NCBI RefSeq assembly: GCF_018977255.1
Contig: NW_024704742.1
Span: 46,378,001 to 46,442,000, forward strand
DNA from: Callorhinchus milii
Lineage: Eukaryota
Length of the DNA: 64,000 nucleotides
Direction of reading: 5' to 3'
Shown here: positions 12,801 to 24,989 of the stretch, one piece after another
How positions within the stretch are numbered: the first letter of the stretch is position 1
Layout of the letters: every line of letters begins with the position of its first letter
Program-made: the position numbers and the translations under genes
Notes under the pieces: generated by a model
Databases searched by the model: none
Told to the model about the DNA's origin: nothing
The model's input: only the letters and a program-made list of their open reading frames with translations

Positions 12801-13664
12801 AAAGAGAGGACGAGAATGAGAGTGAGACGAGGAAAGGTGCAACATATTTGAAACTTAAATCTAAAACTTAAATGGAAAAGAAAGAAAATACAAAGAGTAA
12901 TGAAATTTCAGGAGGCTCTTGTAGAAAGTTAATACAAATATAATACAAATAATATTCCTTCCTGAAGGCAACTGTGGGGCTCTTGACCTTCTAAGGTTGA
13001 AAATGATTTCCCTTCTCAATTTTCAGTGCCTATGAATTTATTTTATCAAGGACACAACCAGAAAGAGCATTGAATTATGAAACAAATGGATGTACTTTTC
13101 ATTCCCCTTTTGCCTTCTTGCCCTATTTTTCTTAGTGTTGCTCAGATGATGCTTAGGTTACACATCACTTACAAATAAAATAGTGTTTTTGCATTGATCC
13201 AGTCATTTGAATTCTACTGTTCACCCACCTTTATATTATCTTATAGATTGAAAATAAATTAAGTCTTTTTGTGTTTCTACAGAATTTAGAGATGTTATTA
13301 TCTTGTTTCAATAGAGATTAAAATGATTGCTGCAATTCAATGTTGCATCTGAATTTGCTTCATATTTTCCACTCTTGTCTGTGTCCTTGTTTTGTACAGA
13401 GAATTAATAACTAAGCAGGAAACCGCAGGTTAAAGCACTTTATTTTTTGTTACCTATAAACTCATTTTAGTACAATTCCTATGAATAATTACTTGTTTTC
13501 ACCCTCAATTTTCTTTGAAAATGTGAAATTTCAAGCACACTCACCCTGCCTCACAGGTCAGGTAGAAGTAGGAAATGAACATTGAATAAACTTTGCCTAC
13601 CAGGAAGCTGAAGTAGATTAGGATATGAGTCCTTACGTTATTATAGCTTTGAAAAGGAATTTGA

Positions 13665-14406
13665 TAATAATTCTTACACTTGATATAGCCCCTTTCACAT
13701 CAGGAGGATCCCCAAAGTGCTTCAGAGAATATAATTAAAGTGGAATGATTGTGTTTTTTTNGTGTGGGCGAACGGAGCAGCCAATTTGTGCACAGCAATG
13801 TCCCCAAACCAGCCATAGACTGAATAATTTTCTTTGGGGAATCGTTGGCCAGGGCACCAAGAGAAACTCCCTTCTCTGTTCAAATAATCCTTGGATCTTT
13901 AATGTCCACCTGAATAGATAGGCAGGGCCTTGGTTAGACGCCATAATCTAAACAAATGCATTGGAGTGTCAGCCTAGTCTGTGTAAGCTCAAAGTCTGAA
14001 TGTGGTGCTCAACCCCACAATCTTAGAGTTCCATATCTTAGAGGTTAGCACGCTCTCCTCGCAAGCACGGCAAAACCTTAGGCAAGTTTCCTCACTCTAC
14101 TTGCCTCTGTTTACCTAGCATTAAGTAGAAACCCGATTCTTAGTCGATTGTCGGATAACTTTCTGGGGGTAATAATCCCTCCAATAAAAATAAAATAATT
14201 TGGTCACTAACTCCATGACTTTTTGTGGGGCACTGCTGTGCGCAATTGGCTGCCACATTTCGCCCACAGAATGCACAGTCAATCCACTTTACAATATATA
14301 ATCGGTGAAGCGCTTTGAGACATCTCAATAACTATATCAAATGCAAGAATTATTATTACCTTCTGACTCAAACACAGAGTGCTATCAACTGAACCAGGCT
14401 GTCACA
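13665..14406 (-). mobile_element. Deu-SINE (13665-14025, head at 14359-14406) split by a SINE insertion
   Basis: Reverse-strand tail and Deu core (ggatctttaatgtccacctgaa). The head resumes as ttctgactc...tcaactgaaccaggctgtcac after the insert. Confidence 0.75.
14026..14358 (+). mobile_element. Long-form tRNA/CORE-like/Deu-3' SINE
   Basis: Degenerate tRNA head, accttaggcaagtttcctcactctacttgcctctgtttacctagc, about 60 extra nt, then taataatccctcc... and the tail shared with the young family. Confidence 0.7.
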
Positions 14407-14846
14407 CAGTTAACATTTAGTAATACAGTTGGAAACATTAAAAATGTACAGAAACAATTAAAGATGAGTGGCATTTAAAATGCAATGTTGCATGGGTTAA
14501 ACAAATTATGTTTAATTGCAGAAAAACGATTAGACCTATAAATATATTTAGTTTGGGCTGACCAAATTCATTAAAGTGAGCACATTTTCAACATTATGAC
14601 TAAATATTTGCACACTACAAACATGTTACACTACAATCCTCTTCAGTACACAGAACACAGCAGTGCTGAGCCAGTGTAAAATAAATCTGAGCAGTGTTTC
14701 AGCAAATGCATCCATTGTGAAGGATATAAACATATTCTTACTGTAATGCTCTTGAATATTCCAGGACTTACAACTACACAGCAATCCTCTGCCTCTTGAA
14801 TTAAGCCCTTTGTTTGCAAAAAATCTTTATACACACAAAAAGGGAT

Positions 14847-15485
14847 ACTTACATTTGAAAAGGTCAGTTAAAAGCAGAAAGACTGATCCCAAATGTAAAG
14901 GAGATGAGTTCTGAAGAAAGATTAGAGAAGCTTAAGATTTAGTCTAGAAAGGCAGTGGTTAAGGAAAAAAAGCCATCATAGTGTAGATAGCATTACATAG
15001 TAGGGTCCCAAACCCTACTTCAAAGAAAATAGAAAGATAGGAAATAAGAAAGCTAGTAAAGAGTAAATTTGGAATGAATACTTGGGAGAAAGTGTTTCAC
15101 AAATAGGGTTACAAATGGACAATCCTATTGTTATTTGTTTATAATAATATTGGTTTTATTTTATCTGAGTGCAATTAGATAGAACCATGGAGACAAATGA
15201 ACCGAAGGCGGCTATTCCACTCATTTATTCATATCTGTATTTGTTCCTTCAAGAAACTATTTATCAGAATCCCAATTGCCTGCTCTTTCCCAATACCCTA
15301 TATTACCCCTCCTCTAAGTGTTGGTAAAATACATGCAGCTAATTGATTCTGCACTCACAGCTGCCCATGGCAAATCATTCCATTACACAGATGACCCTCT
15401 GGGAGAAGAAGTTTTTCTCTAGTCACAATCGAGAATTCATGTCTTCTTGTCCTCAAATCTTTTAACAGGGGAAAACGATTTTTCA
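14847..15485. mobile_element. Two decayed CR1 3' fragments, tail to tail (+ 14847-15200; - 15200-15485)
   Basis: gagttctgaagaaagattagagaagctt on +; gaaggcggctattc...cccaattgcctgctctttccc..accc and accctctgggagaagaagtt on -. Confidence 0.55.
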
Positions 15486-16680
15486 CAATTAAGGTGCTGT
15501 GCTGAAAGCTTCAGTAAGTTAACTGCTCTTTTCTTATGAAAAGATATTCTATTGTTATATTTGTTCGTGTAACCATTTCTTATTATAAATGTTTACAATT
15601 GTTCATATGTTTTACAGTCTGCCACTGCTTTCATAACTGCACCCATTCTCTCTCATTCTGCAGCCATTGTTCATTCATGAGCATTGTCTATTATATTTTT
15701 CTTTAACTGAATTTTGCAAAGGCCTGCTCTCTGTGATGGTGAAACAATACCATAGTGTTTGCACTGCACATTTTGGGGGAAATTACCACGATTTGGGCAT
15801 TAATTCTGTGTGTGAAGTGCAGCATAAATGAGTGCTGAGCCAGTAAATCGTGCCGGAGACCAGCTCCGGAGACCACCAGGAGGAGATAGTTTCAGAAACC
15901 CAATTCAATTTGCTTTGCTGCTGTATAAACAATAATCAGTGTGAATTGAATTGAACTTTGCTCCCCACAGTCCCTTGAAAATGCTTTAGAATCTATTTGG
16001 ATAGATCAGTAACATCAAGGGACACACCACTTCTCCAAATAAAGAACTCTTCGTGTGATCGGCTTTCTAATAATGTTATAAAATAAAACTCAATGGTGGA
16101 AGTTCAGCACATGCCCTAAATTGCACAACTATGCAGAACTCTGAGATCAAGTCCAATTTCTTTCACAAACTCAATCCAAAGTTGAAGTAAATGTTTCTCT
16201 TGCTATTCTGTTGCATCGACTTCATTGAATTTTCTCTATCATAATGTCATCAGCAAAGCTGACAAGTTTAGTATTGCTATCTGTTGGAGATCAGAAGACA
16301 TAGAAGTCCAAGCAGAAGACCTTGTTGGAGTTCACCCAACATCTCTGCAACAGGAAAGTCTTGCATTTTACCAGATACTAAACTCCTTTCGCACAATGCG
16401 TAATAGTATCTTACAACTTGGTCTGATACCTCAAGTTGAAATGAATTTGTTTCAAGATCACATCACCATAAAATATTATAAAGGACAGAAATGTAGGGAT
16501 TAATGCATCCATAAAGTGTTCAGCACTGTCTCTAGCTGCATGGCTGACAGCATTTTAAACAGAACTTTCTCCTTGTAATACAAGCAGAATCACATGACTT
16601 CAGCTCTGATATGAACTCAGGTCTGAGGTAAAGATTTACAATTTTATATGCCTTATTGGCAGATTGTCTAGAGATTGTTG

Positions 16681-16914
16681 GGGAGAAATTCGACCTGGGT
16701 CTAGATTTACTCTGTTTATGTAACGTTTTGGATGGCCGCAATTTGGAAAATTGTTGAATTCAGTCTTAATAATGAAGTTGCCTTGCTATAGTTTTTTTAA
16801 AAAGAACTTTGAACCAGTTTTAAAATTAAGAATACATTTGAGAATTTGCCAATTTCTGGATAATCGAAAATGCTGTAAAAAAGAGTAAATCTGCATGCAG
16901 GAGGAATTTCTCCC
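16681..16914. mobile_element. MITE with ~90-bp imperfect terminal inverted repeats, PIF/Harbinger-like
   Basis: Left gggagaaattcgacctgggtctagatttactctg; reverse complement of right gggagaaattcctcctgcatgcagatttactctt. TAA flanks the right end. Confidence 0.7.
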
Positions 16915-18594
16915 TAAGTGTTGTTTACGTTACTTAAACTAGCAACCACTCAATGATCTCATAACTGGTGAGCCTCCATGAATTTCTGAATAGAGTTGTT
17001 TTTAGTTTGCAGTGGTGCTGAGACAATATTAGTAAATTGACCAGATAAGAAGCATTGTTGTGAAAATGTTAATTATGTGGGCCACAAAGTATACACATTC
17101 TACTTGGAATCAGTTTCAATAAACAGTTAAATCAAAAGAAAGGAATTAATAACTTGCATTTGTTTGACGCCCTTCACATGGGGCAAATTCAGAGCACTTA
17201 TTATCAGGTTCTATACATTAAACAAATGTACAGAATCTGATATTACTGAAAACAACCAGAAGAATATCTTGCCAACATTGAGACATTTTTCAGTGTTTGA
17301 AAGGTTAAATGAGACGAACTGCTCCATAATATGAAATTAGTTTGAATTGTCCAATAAAAATTCCAACAGTGTTTTTCAAAGTCCAATTATTATTAATTTC
17401 AAGCACCATTTTCAGCAGGTATATAATTTCACCTGGTAAGGATGGTTTAAATACAATTTAATACATTATTACTTCCACAGAACTCATTTCTTTTGATCAA
17501 AGCAGCACTTTTATTCATTTCCTTTAAAAGTTGAAGGATTCTTGAGTAAAACATTCATGTCTTGAAAATTATTCACACAACTGTCAGGTCACAAACTTAC
17601 CTCCAAAAATATTTATTGCTTCTTTTGTGTTGTTTATATTCATGGGAATGTCAAACTATCTTCCTCGGGGCTTTTGCGATTCTGAAGTATCAAGTAGCAT
17701 ATTATTACTTTTATGATTTAAGTTTGTGATCTATTCAAAATGGCTTTCACCTGCAAAATACGTAGTTACTACACTTTACAATAAATCCTGTGAAGTGCTC
17801 TAAGATATCTTCTGAACATGAAAGGCACTGTATCAAATGCATGGATTATTATTGATAGCTTTGGACAGCCCTTCTGTAATTGCCACTGTAGGCTTTGTTC
17901 CTGTTCATTCATTGGAAGATCTCAGGATTGTTCAGAGAAATGTTATTTTCCAGCCACGGAGAGTGTAAAATATGCCTTTCTTCAGCAGATCAAGTCTAGA
18001 AAATAAATATTAACACGTAAAATAAATTAAAAACTGCTCAAGAGGCTATAATGTACAATAACACTCATCCCATTTAAAAATAAATAAAATTGGCAGACAA
18101 AAATGTAATAAGGGGAGACAATTTATACTGGGAGGGGTGTGTCTGTTTAGTGTCAGACAATGAACAACCACACATTTTGTTATGCTACCTAACATTGGCA
18201 ATGGTTATCATACACATATCATAAAGGAGGAATTAATATTAAATATCCACTACTAGAGGTTACGGATATGAATGAAGAGGGACCTGCTGACTTGATAGAA
18301 AAATGGGAAAAGGACACATCTGGAACAATGAGGTCAACATCTTAACAGATTTCTTAATGAAGAAACGGATTTCTAATTTGTTACTCTGACCAAGGGAATC
18401 CCATTGTGAAAACCAATTAAGTTGGACTGGCAACTCCACAAGATACTATCATGGGCTTACCGATTTCTTAATTAAGAAATCCCGTAAGAAATATTGCAAA
18501 ATTGAACCAACGCTATGCTTGTGTATGAAAATGAAAGATTGTAATGGGTTTACCTTCTTGGAAAGCTTTTGAGGTCTGTTCTCAACTTGAGACA

Positions 18595-21500
18595 AAAACA
18601 ACAAAAAATTACTTTCACGTCGGGAGGACATCCCAAGGTGCTGGACAGTTAGGGATTTGGACGCGAACTGGAGGTTGGGATCAGGAGAAGTAGAGGGCAG
18701 GGAGGGTAGGGGCAGGGGGGTAGCCGAAGGCATGGTCAAAGAGGATGGTGTTGAGGTGCGTCTTGAAGAAGACAAAGGAGGGAGTGAGGCGAAAGTACTG
18801 CGGGATGGATTTCCAAAGGGTGGGAACAGAGAGGAACCAAAGATGGTGGAGCGTGGCAGGCAAGAGACATAGAATCATAGAATGTTACGGCACAGAAGGA
18901 GGCCATTCGGCCCATTGAGTCTGTGCTGGCTCTTTGACAGAGCAACTGACTTTTATTAACCCCACTCACCAGCTTTCTCCCCATAACCCTCAAACCTGTC
19001 TTCTCCAGATACCTATCCAGTTCTCTCTTAAAAGCTGCTATCGAATCGGACTTCACTGCCCTTTCGGGCAGATCATTCCAAATTCTAACAACTCGCTGAG
19101 TGAAAAAATTTCTTCTAACCTCCCTTCTGCTTCTTTTGATAGATATCTTAAGACTGACCACGAGTCACAGACACACCTACCAGCGAAAACAGCTTTTCCC
19201 TATCTAGCCTGTCGAAACCTTTCATGATCTTGAAGACCTCTACCAGGTCCCCGCGTAACCTTCTCTGCTCTAATGGGAAAAGTCCTAACATTTCCAGCCT
19301 GTCCTCATAGCTAAGCTTCCCCATTCCTGGTATCATTCTCGTGAATCTCCTCTGCACCCTTTCCAGTGCCTTAATATCCTTCCTTAAGGATGTCCCCTTA
19401 ATACCGTGGGCCTCCAGTTTTTTTATTAACCTCTTATGCGATACTGTGTTAAAAGTCTTTTTAAAATCCATGTAAATAATGTCCACCGCATTTCCCTCAT
19501 CGACCCTCGCAGTCACCTCTTCAAAAAATTCTATTAGATTTGTGAGGCAAGATTTGCCTTTAACAAATCCATGTTGGCTGTCTCTAATTACCTCGTGTTC
19601 CTCTAAGTAGAGATTTATCTGTCCCGGATTATGGTCTCCAGTAGCTTTCCTATTACCGAAGTTAGGCTGACTGGCCTGTAATTTCCGGGCTTGTCTTTCT
19701 ATCACTTTTTGTAGAGTGGGGTAACATTAGCTACTCTCCAGTCTCTTGGCACCATTCCTGTGTCCAATGATGATTGAAATATAATGGCCAAAGCCTCCTC
19801 TATTTGAACCCGTATCTCCCACAGCAACCTTGGGTGAAACCCACCTGGTCCTGGTGAATTATCAATTTTGAGCCCAGTCAATCTTTTCAGAACTTCCTCT
19901 CTGTCTGTAGTAATCTGATCTATGTCCTCTACCCTGTCATCCAATACTGTGGCATTAGGGGCATCCGTTTCCGTTGTGAAGACAGATGCAAAGTACTCGT
20001 TTAGTACATCAGCCTCTGCCTCCACAACAAGATTGCCGTCATTGTCTTTGATTGGCCCCACCCTACCTTTAACTAACCTTTTTTCCTTTATGTGCTTATA
20101 AAATATTTTAGGATTCCCCTTTATGTTACCCGCTAACCTCTTCTCATGCAATCTTTTAGCCTGTCTTATCACTCTTTTAAGATCACTCCTGCATTCTCTA
20201 TAATGCGCTTTGCTGTCCTCAGTGTCTTGCATCTGCCAATTGTCGTACGCCATCTTCTTCTTTTTCATCCTAGATAGAATATCCCTGGTCATCCAGGCTG
20301 GCTTGGTTCTCGCACATTTCCCTTTTGTGGGAATATATCTATTTAGACCCTGAGCTATCGTATCTTTGAAGATTTCCCATTGCTCATGAGTCGTTTTACC
20401 TGCCATTCTTACTTGCCAGTCCACCAACTCTAGGTCCCTCTTTAGCCCATCAAAATTAGCTCTTTTCCAGTCAAGCATTTTCACCTTTGACTGTATTTTG
20501 TCCTTGTCCATGGAGCAGGCTGGAGCATGCTGAGCGGAGGGAGCAGTCAGGTTGATATGGGGTTAGCAGGTCACAGAGGTAGGAAGGAGTAAGGCGATGG
20601 GGGCCCTTGAAGACAAGGATGAGGATTTTCAACTATCCTCTGGGGTTGGGGAGCCAGTGGAACAGGGCGAGGGTGGGGGTGATGGGGTCACGGAACCTGG
20701 TGCGAAAGAGGACATAAGCTGCAGAGATCTGGATGATCTGCAGCTTGAGGAGGGAAAGCATTGGGAAGACCGACAAGGAGGGAGTTGGTGTAGTCAAGCC
20801 TAGGTGTGATAAATGCATAGATAATGGTTTCGGCGGCCTGAAGGAAGAGGAAGTGGCGGAACCGGGAGATGTTGCAGAGGTGAGGGAAGACAGAGTGGGT
20901 CATGGCAAGAATGTGGTGTAGAAAGGACAGTTGAGGGTCAAATAAGTCTCCAAGGCTTAGTAAGATGGAGTGTGCATCCCTGGATGTTGATGTTGTCAGT
21001 ACCGAGGCACTGACAGGAGCCAATCAGGAGGGTTTCGGTCTTGATGACATTCAAATGGAGAAAGTTAACTCTCATCCAGGATTTAATGTCTAACAGACAA
21101 TCTGTCAGGACAGAGGTGGTCCTGGAGTCAAGGGTGGAGGCAGAGAGATAGAGTTGGGTGTCATCCGCATACATGTGGAAGCTGACCCCATGTCTGCAGA
21201 TGATGTCACCAAGAGGGAGCATGTAGATATTGAAGAGGAGAGAACTAAGGACAGAGCCCTGAGGAATGCTGCATGAGACGGTGCGGGAGCTAGAGGAGAA
21301 ACCGTTTGTAGAGATAGAAGTGAGGATAGTGTGAAAGGTAGGATCTGAACCAGTCAAGAGAGAACCATGAAGATTTAGGTGAGAGGAGAGGTGATGGAGG
21401 AGGATAGAGAGGTCAATGGTGTCAAAGGCAGTAGGGAGGTCAAGGAGGATGAGGAGTTAGAGGGAGCCCTGATCACAGTTGGACAAAATGTAATTTGTCA

Positions 21501-21920
21501 CTTTGACTAGGCTGTTTCTGTGCAGTGGACAGCACGGAAACCCGATTGGAGGGGTCCGTATAGGGAGTGGCAGGAGAGGAGGGAGCGAAGCTGGGAAGCA
21601 ACGACTCATTCCAGGACCTTGGAAAGGAAAGGGAGGTTAGAGATGAGGTGGTAGTTGGAGAGCAGGATTGGGTCCAGGGAAGGTTTTTTGAGGATAGAGC
21701 AATGACAGTTGTTTTTAAAGCGGTGGGAACAGTGCCAGTGGACAGGGAGTGGTTTAAGATGTTTGTGAATGGGGGGAGGGAGAGGTAAGGAGGTGGAGCT
21801 GGAAGATAAGGAGAGGGATAGGAATGGGGTTAAGGGAACAGTGGTGGGTTTCATATGGGTCATAATAAGGGGAGAGAGAAGGGGAAAGTAAGTTCAAAGG
21901 TGTGGAGGGAGGCTTAGATA
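18595..21920 (-). mobile_element. L2 LINE, 5'-truncated and decayed (18595-18867 and 20513-21920), interrupted by CR1
   Basis: RT motifs in the ORF track: [67 protein letters not shown]. The tail stem-loop is at 18610-18650. Confidence 0.92.
18868..20512 (-). mobile_element. CR1 LINE, 5'-truncated with RT core deleted, nested in L2
   Basis: ORFs show PRDWRVANVTPLYKK, SQHGFVKGKSCLTNLIEFFEEV, YMDFKK, LERVQRRFTRMIPG and FFTQRVVRIWN. Tail is catagaatcatagaa. Confidence 0.95.
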
Positions 21921-21949
21921 GGTGAGTGAAGTTGGGAGGGGTTAGCTGT

Positions 21950-22460
21950 TGTTCCCCAAGCCTTGACTTTTACCAACCTGTGCCTAATGCTTTCTGGAAT
22001 AAAGTAAGCAGGATGCGTTCCTGCAGGGAGAAAGTGCCATTCCAGTTTTAATCCTTGCATTTGATATAGCGCTTTTCACATCTTCTCGACGTCTCAAAGC
22101 GCTTCACAGAATATACTGTAAAATGAATTGACTGTATATTTGTGGGCAAAACGCAGCAGCCAATTACGCACAGCAGTGTCCCACAAACAGACGCAGATTG
22201 AAGTGACCAATTTATTATTGTTATTTTTCTTGAGGAATTATTATCAGACGTGTGGAGTAAAGAAATTTGCCAAAGGTTTTGCCCTGCCGGGAATTGAACC
22301 CAGGTCTCTCGCTTGTGAGGTGAGTGCTCTAACCACTAAATTACAGGACTCCACTCCAATTTCCATGTGTAGGTGGGATGCATGGAATTCTCAGCTGGTT
22401 TTGGATACTCTTAAACATCATGATGGGTTTCTGCATGTGTCAGACACCTGGCTGACCAAA
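21950..22460 (+). repeat. Unclassified dispersed repeat, copy 2 of 4, split by a SINE
   Basis: ccccaagccttgac...gtaagcaggatgcg.cct.caggg and aatttccatgt.tag.tgggatg.atggaa match 31345-31490 (reverse complement). tcagacacctggctgac is also at 43421. Confidence 0.75.
22049..22354 (-). mobile_element. Young tRNA-Ala-headed SINE, full length
   Basis: Reverse-complement match to 25316-25628 along its whole length. Confidence 0.92.
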
Positions 22461-24589
22461 CAAAAATGATACATTGCTCACCAACTCCATATATTGAACA
22501 AGATCATTGCTATCTAGACTTTAAACTATAACTAGGAGTATCGCCTGGAGGAGTTTGGACTTGCTTTAGCCTGATAAATTACCACCCATTTGCAGGTAAT
22601 ATTTCTTTGGTTGGACACAAAGCAGTTCCTGAGATGGGAACGGCAGTATCCCAAAGGACTTGTCAACCTAATTATCATCAACAAACAGTTGTGGAACATA
22701 TGTCTGCATCCTGCTTGCTCTGGAACTGTGTTATACTGGAGACTCAGCATCTGGGGCATTAGTCACTCAATAGAGGATATCCAACAACAGACTTTTAATA
22801 TATGCACAAGACCCTCTAACCAGGGAAACAAGCTGTGTTTATATCCAATAGGCACCAAGTTCAAAATGGGGGCAATGAATGCCTCATCTGTGTTTCTTTC
22901 TAGAAATCATTTCTTGATGTAACCACCTACAGTTTCACTCTGCGGCTGGCTGGAAGTATAACTGATAACATTGTAGAGATGAATTTGTAGTATGTAATAT
23001 GATAATGATTACAAAACTTATCACTGATCCATGCCTCCCCCAACCATGTCACTTCAATGTTAAATTTCTCTTAAAATGCAGCAGAAACTTGTCATTATTT
23101 ATGTGTTTCTGTCAGACTTGTACATTGCATTGGATTAGGAATTCTTTCCTCTTTGCCCCAGCATGAATATCCAGAGTGTTTTTTTTACTTAGGTTGTTTC
23201 CAAATTATTTCAGTAAGAAAAAAGGAAGGTCCAAAGTTATACATAGGAATATAGGAATTGCTAGATTAAAAAAAAGACCAAGGTCCATCTAGTTTACCTT
23301 CTACCATCCTGGTAGGGGCATTCTACTATAATGGATATGTTGATAGCAATTGATTCTGTTTGGAAATGAATTCTGTATGGAATATTGATAAACTATTGAG
23401 TTATTTACCTCCCTGCCTAAAAGTTTTTCTCATTTCATGACGTCAACCCCAGGGGTTGAACTACAATGAGTTATGAGGTGAGCAGTTATTACAATCTCAA
23501 CCTTAGACTCCTTCATATAATGTTGCAATTGGTTTCCCAAACTTACCCTGAAACTGTATTGAGAATGGTGAATGTGGACTTTGATATTGATCACATATTA
23601 GGTAAAGGTATGATAAACAGAGAATGCTTTCAAATTGACGTCATATATTCTGAACATCTCTGCACTTTGAGTGCATCTCTGAAGTTCTGGTTAATAGTCC
23701 TCCTGACAGATCAACAGAACGTTGTGAAGATTTATACTGAACCTAAAGCAGTTTTTAAAGAATAAAACCTTGGTATTGCCAAAAATTTATTGGATTGCAT
23801 ATTTTCTGTAATTTGTGGTTCCTGAATTATTCTTGTTCTCAAAATGAGCTGTCAAACAAATCTCTTAACTCCACATATAGATTTCTATTGATATCAGTAC
23901 CATCATTCTTTCCAAAATTTGCTAAGAGGAGACGGGATGGACAGACAACCCTGCTGTCACACCACTTCCAGCATTTAAATCAAACTTCTATGATGACTTT
24001 CGGCTTGTATTTATTCCATTGCAGATTTCATTGCTGTGGTATCAGTATTCAAGGTTTCCATTTTAAGAGGCCTCTACTCATTACCTCTCATAATGAGGCT
24101 CACGCAATACCACATGCAATGCAGCTCTGACACCACTTCAATTTGCCTATGCTTTAGAAAATTCCCCTCACTAGCTATTCCGAAGCTTTACTGGTGATGA
24201 ACGATCTTTTGAAATATGTAATGCAGCTTGGATACTAAACTTTTCTGCCAATGGAATTTTTCCAACTGGTACTTGATAGATTTTCCTACAGATTTCAGGA
24301 CCGCTTATCAGCATTCCATTTGTGCTAGGAATCTTTACCGCACTGAAATCCTGCAAAAACAAATCTGTCATCTACAAATCAGCCAAAGAAAAAATACCAC
24401 CGTTACTATGACAAACCATATATTTTTTTATTTTGGCCGACATGCTGTTACTGATTAAAAATGCTGAAAAATCCATGAAATTGTATTATTTCTAGCAAAA
24501 AGCTGGTTATATATGATGGATCATCTAATGCAATATGCCTCCCCTGATAAGTAAAAGGAAAATTGAATCAGTCACATCTTCATTTAATA

Positions 24590-24775
24590 ATATAGTAATG
24601 ATCCTCGCATTTGGTATATAGCGCCTTATCACATCTTCTAGATGTCGTAAAGCACTTCACAGAATATACTGTAAAGTGAATTAACTGTATAGCTGTGGGT
24701 GAAACACAGCACCCAATTGTGCATAGCAGTGTCCCACAAGCAGTCGTAGATTGAATGACCAAATAATTTTTTTTG
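24590..24775 (-). mobile_element. Young SINE family, 3' half
   Basis: gcatttggtatatagcgcc...cacagaatatactgtaaagtgaatt...cagtgtcccacaa. Confidence 0.85.
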
Positions 24776-24989
24776 AGCTGCCAACAGTGGCCTGATTCTG
24801 CAGAATTTGCAAGTCTGTTTTCAGAGTTCTTTTAAAAAAAACAGTGAAACTTACATCCGGGTCGTATTTATGCAACTATATACAGCATCGAATGGACAAC
24901 TAAATCAACCTCAATATTATTGTGGATGTATCATAGAAAAGGTATCTTGACTTCAGAAAATGAATACATGAAATGAACACAGAGGGACT

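Noticed and set aside
13400..13428. 29-nt micro-exon after a strong pyrimidine tract
   Set aside because: The donor (GTTAAA) is weak, the length is not a multiple of three, and no supporting neighbouring exons were found.
19148..20511. Host gene from the 185-aa and 269-aa ORFs
   Set aside because: Both carry CR1 ORF2 motifs, are frameshifted and lack the catalytic core.
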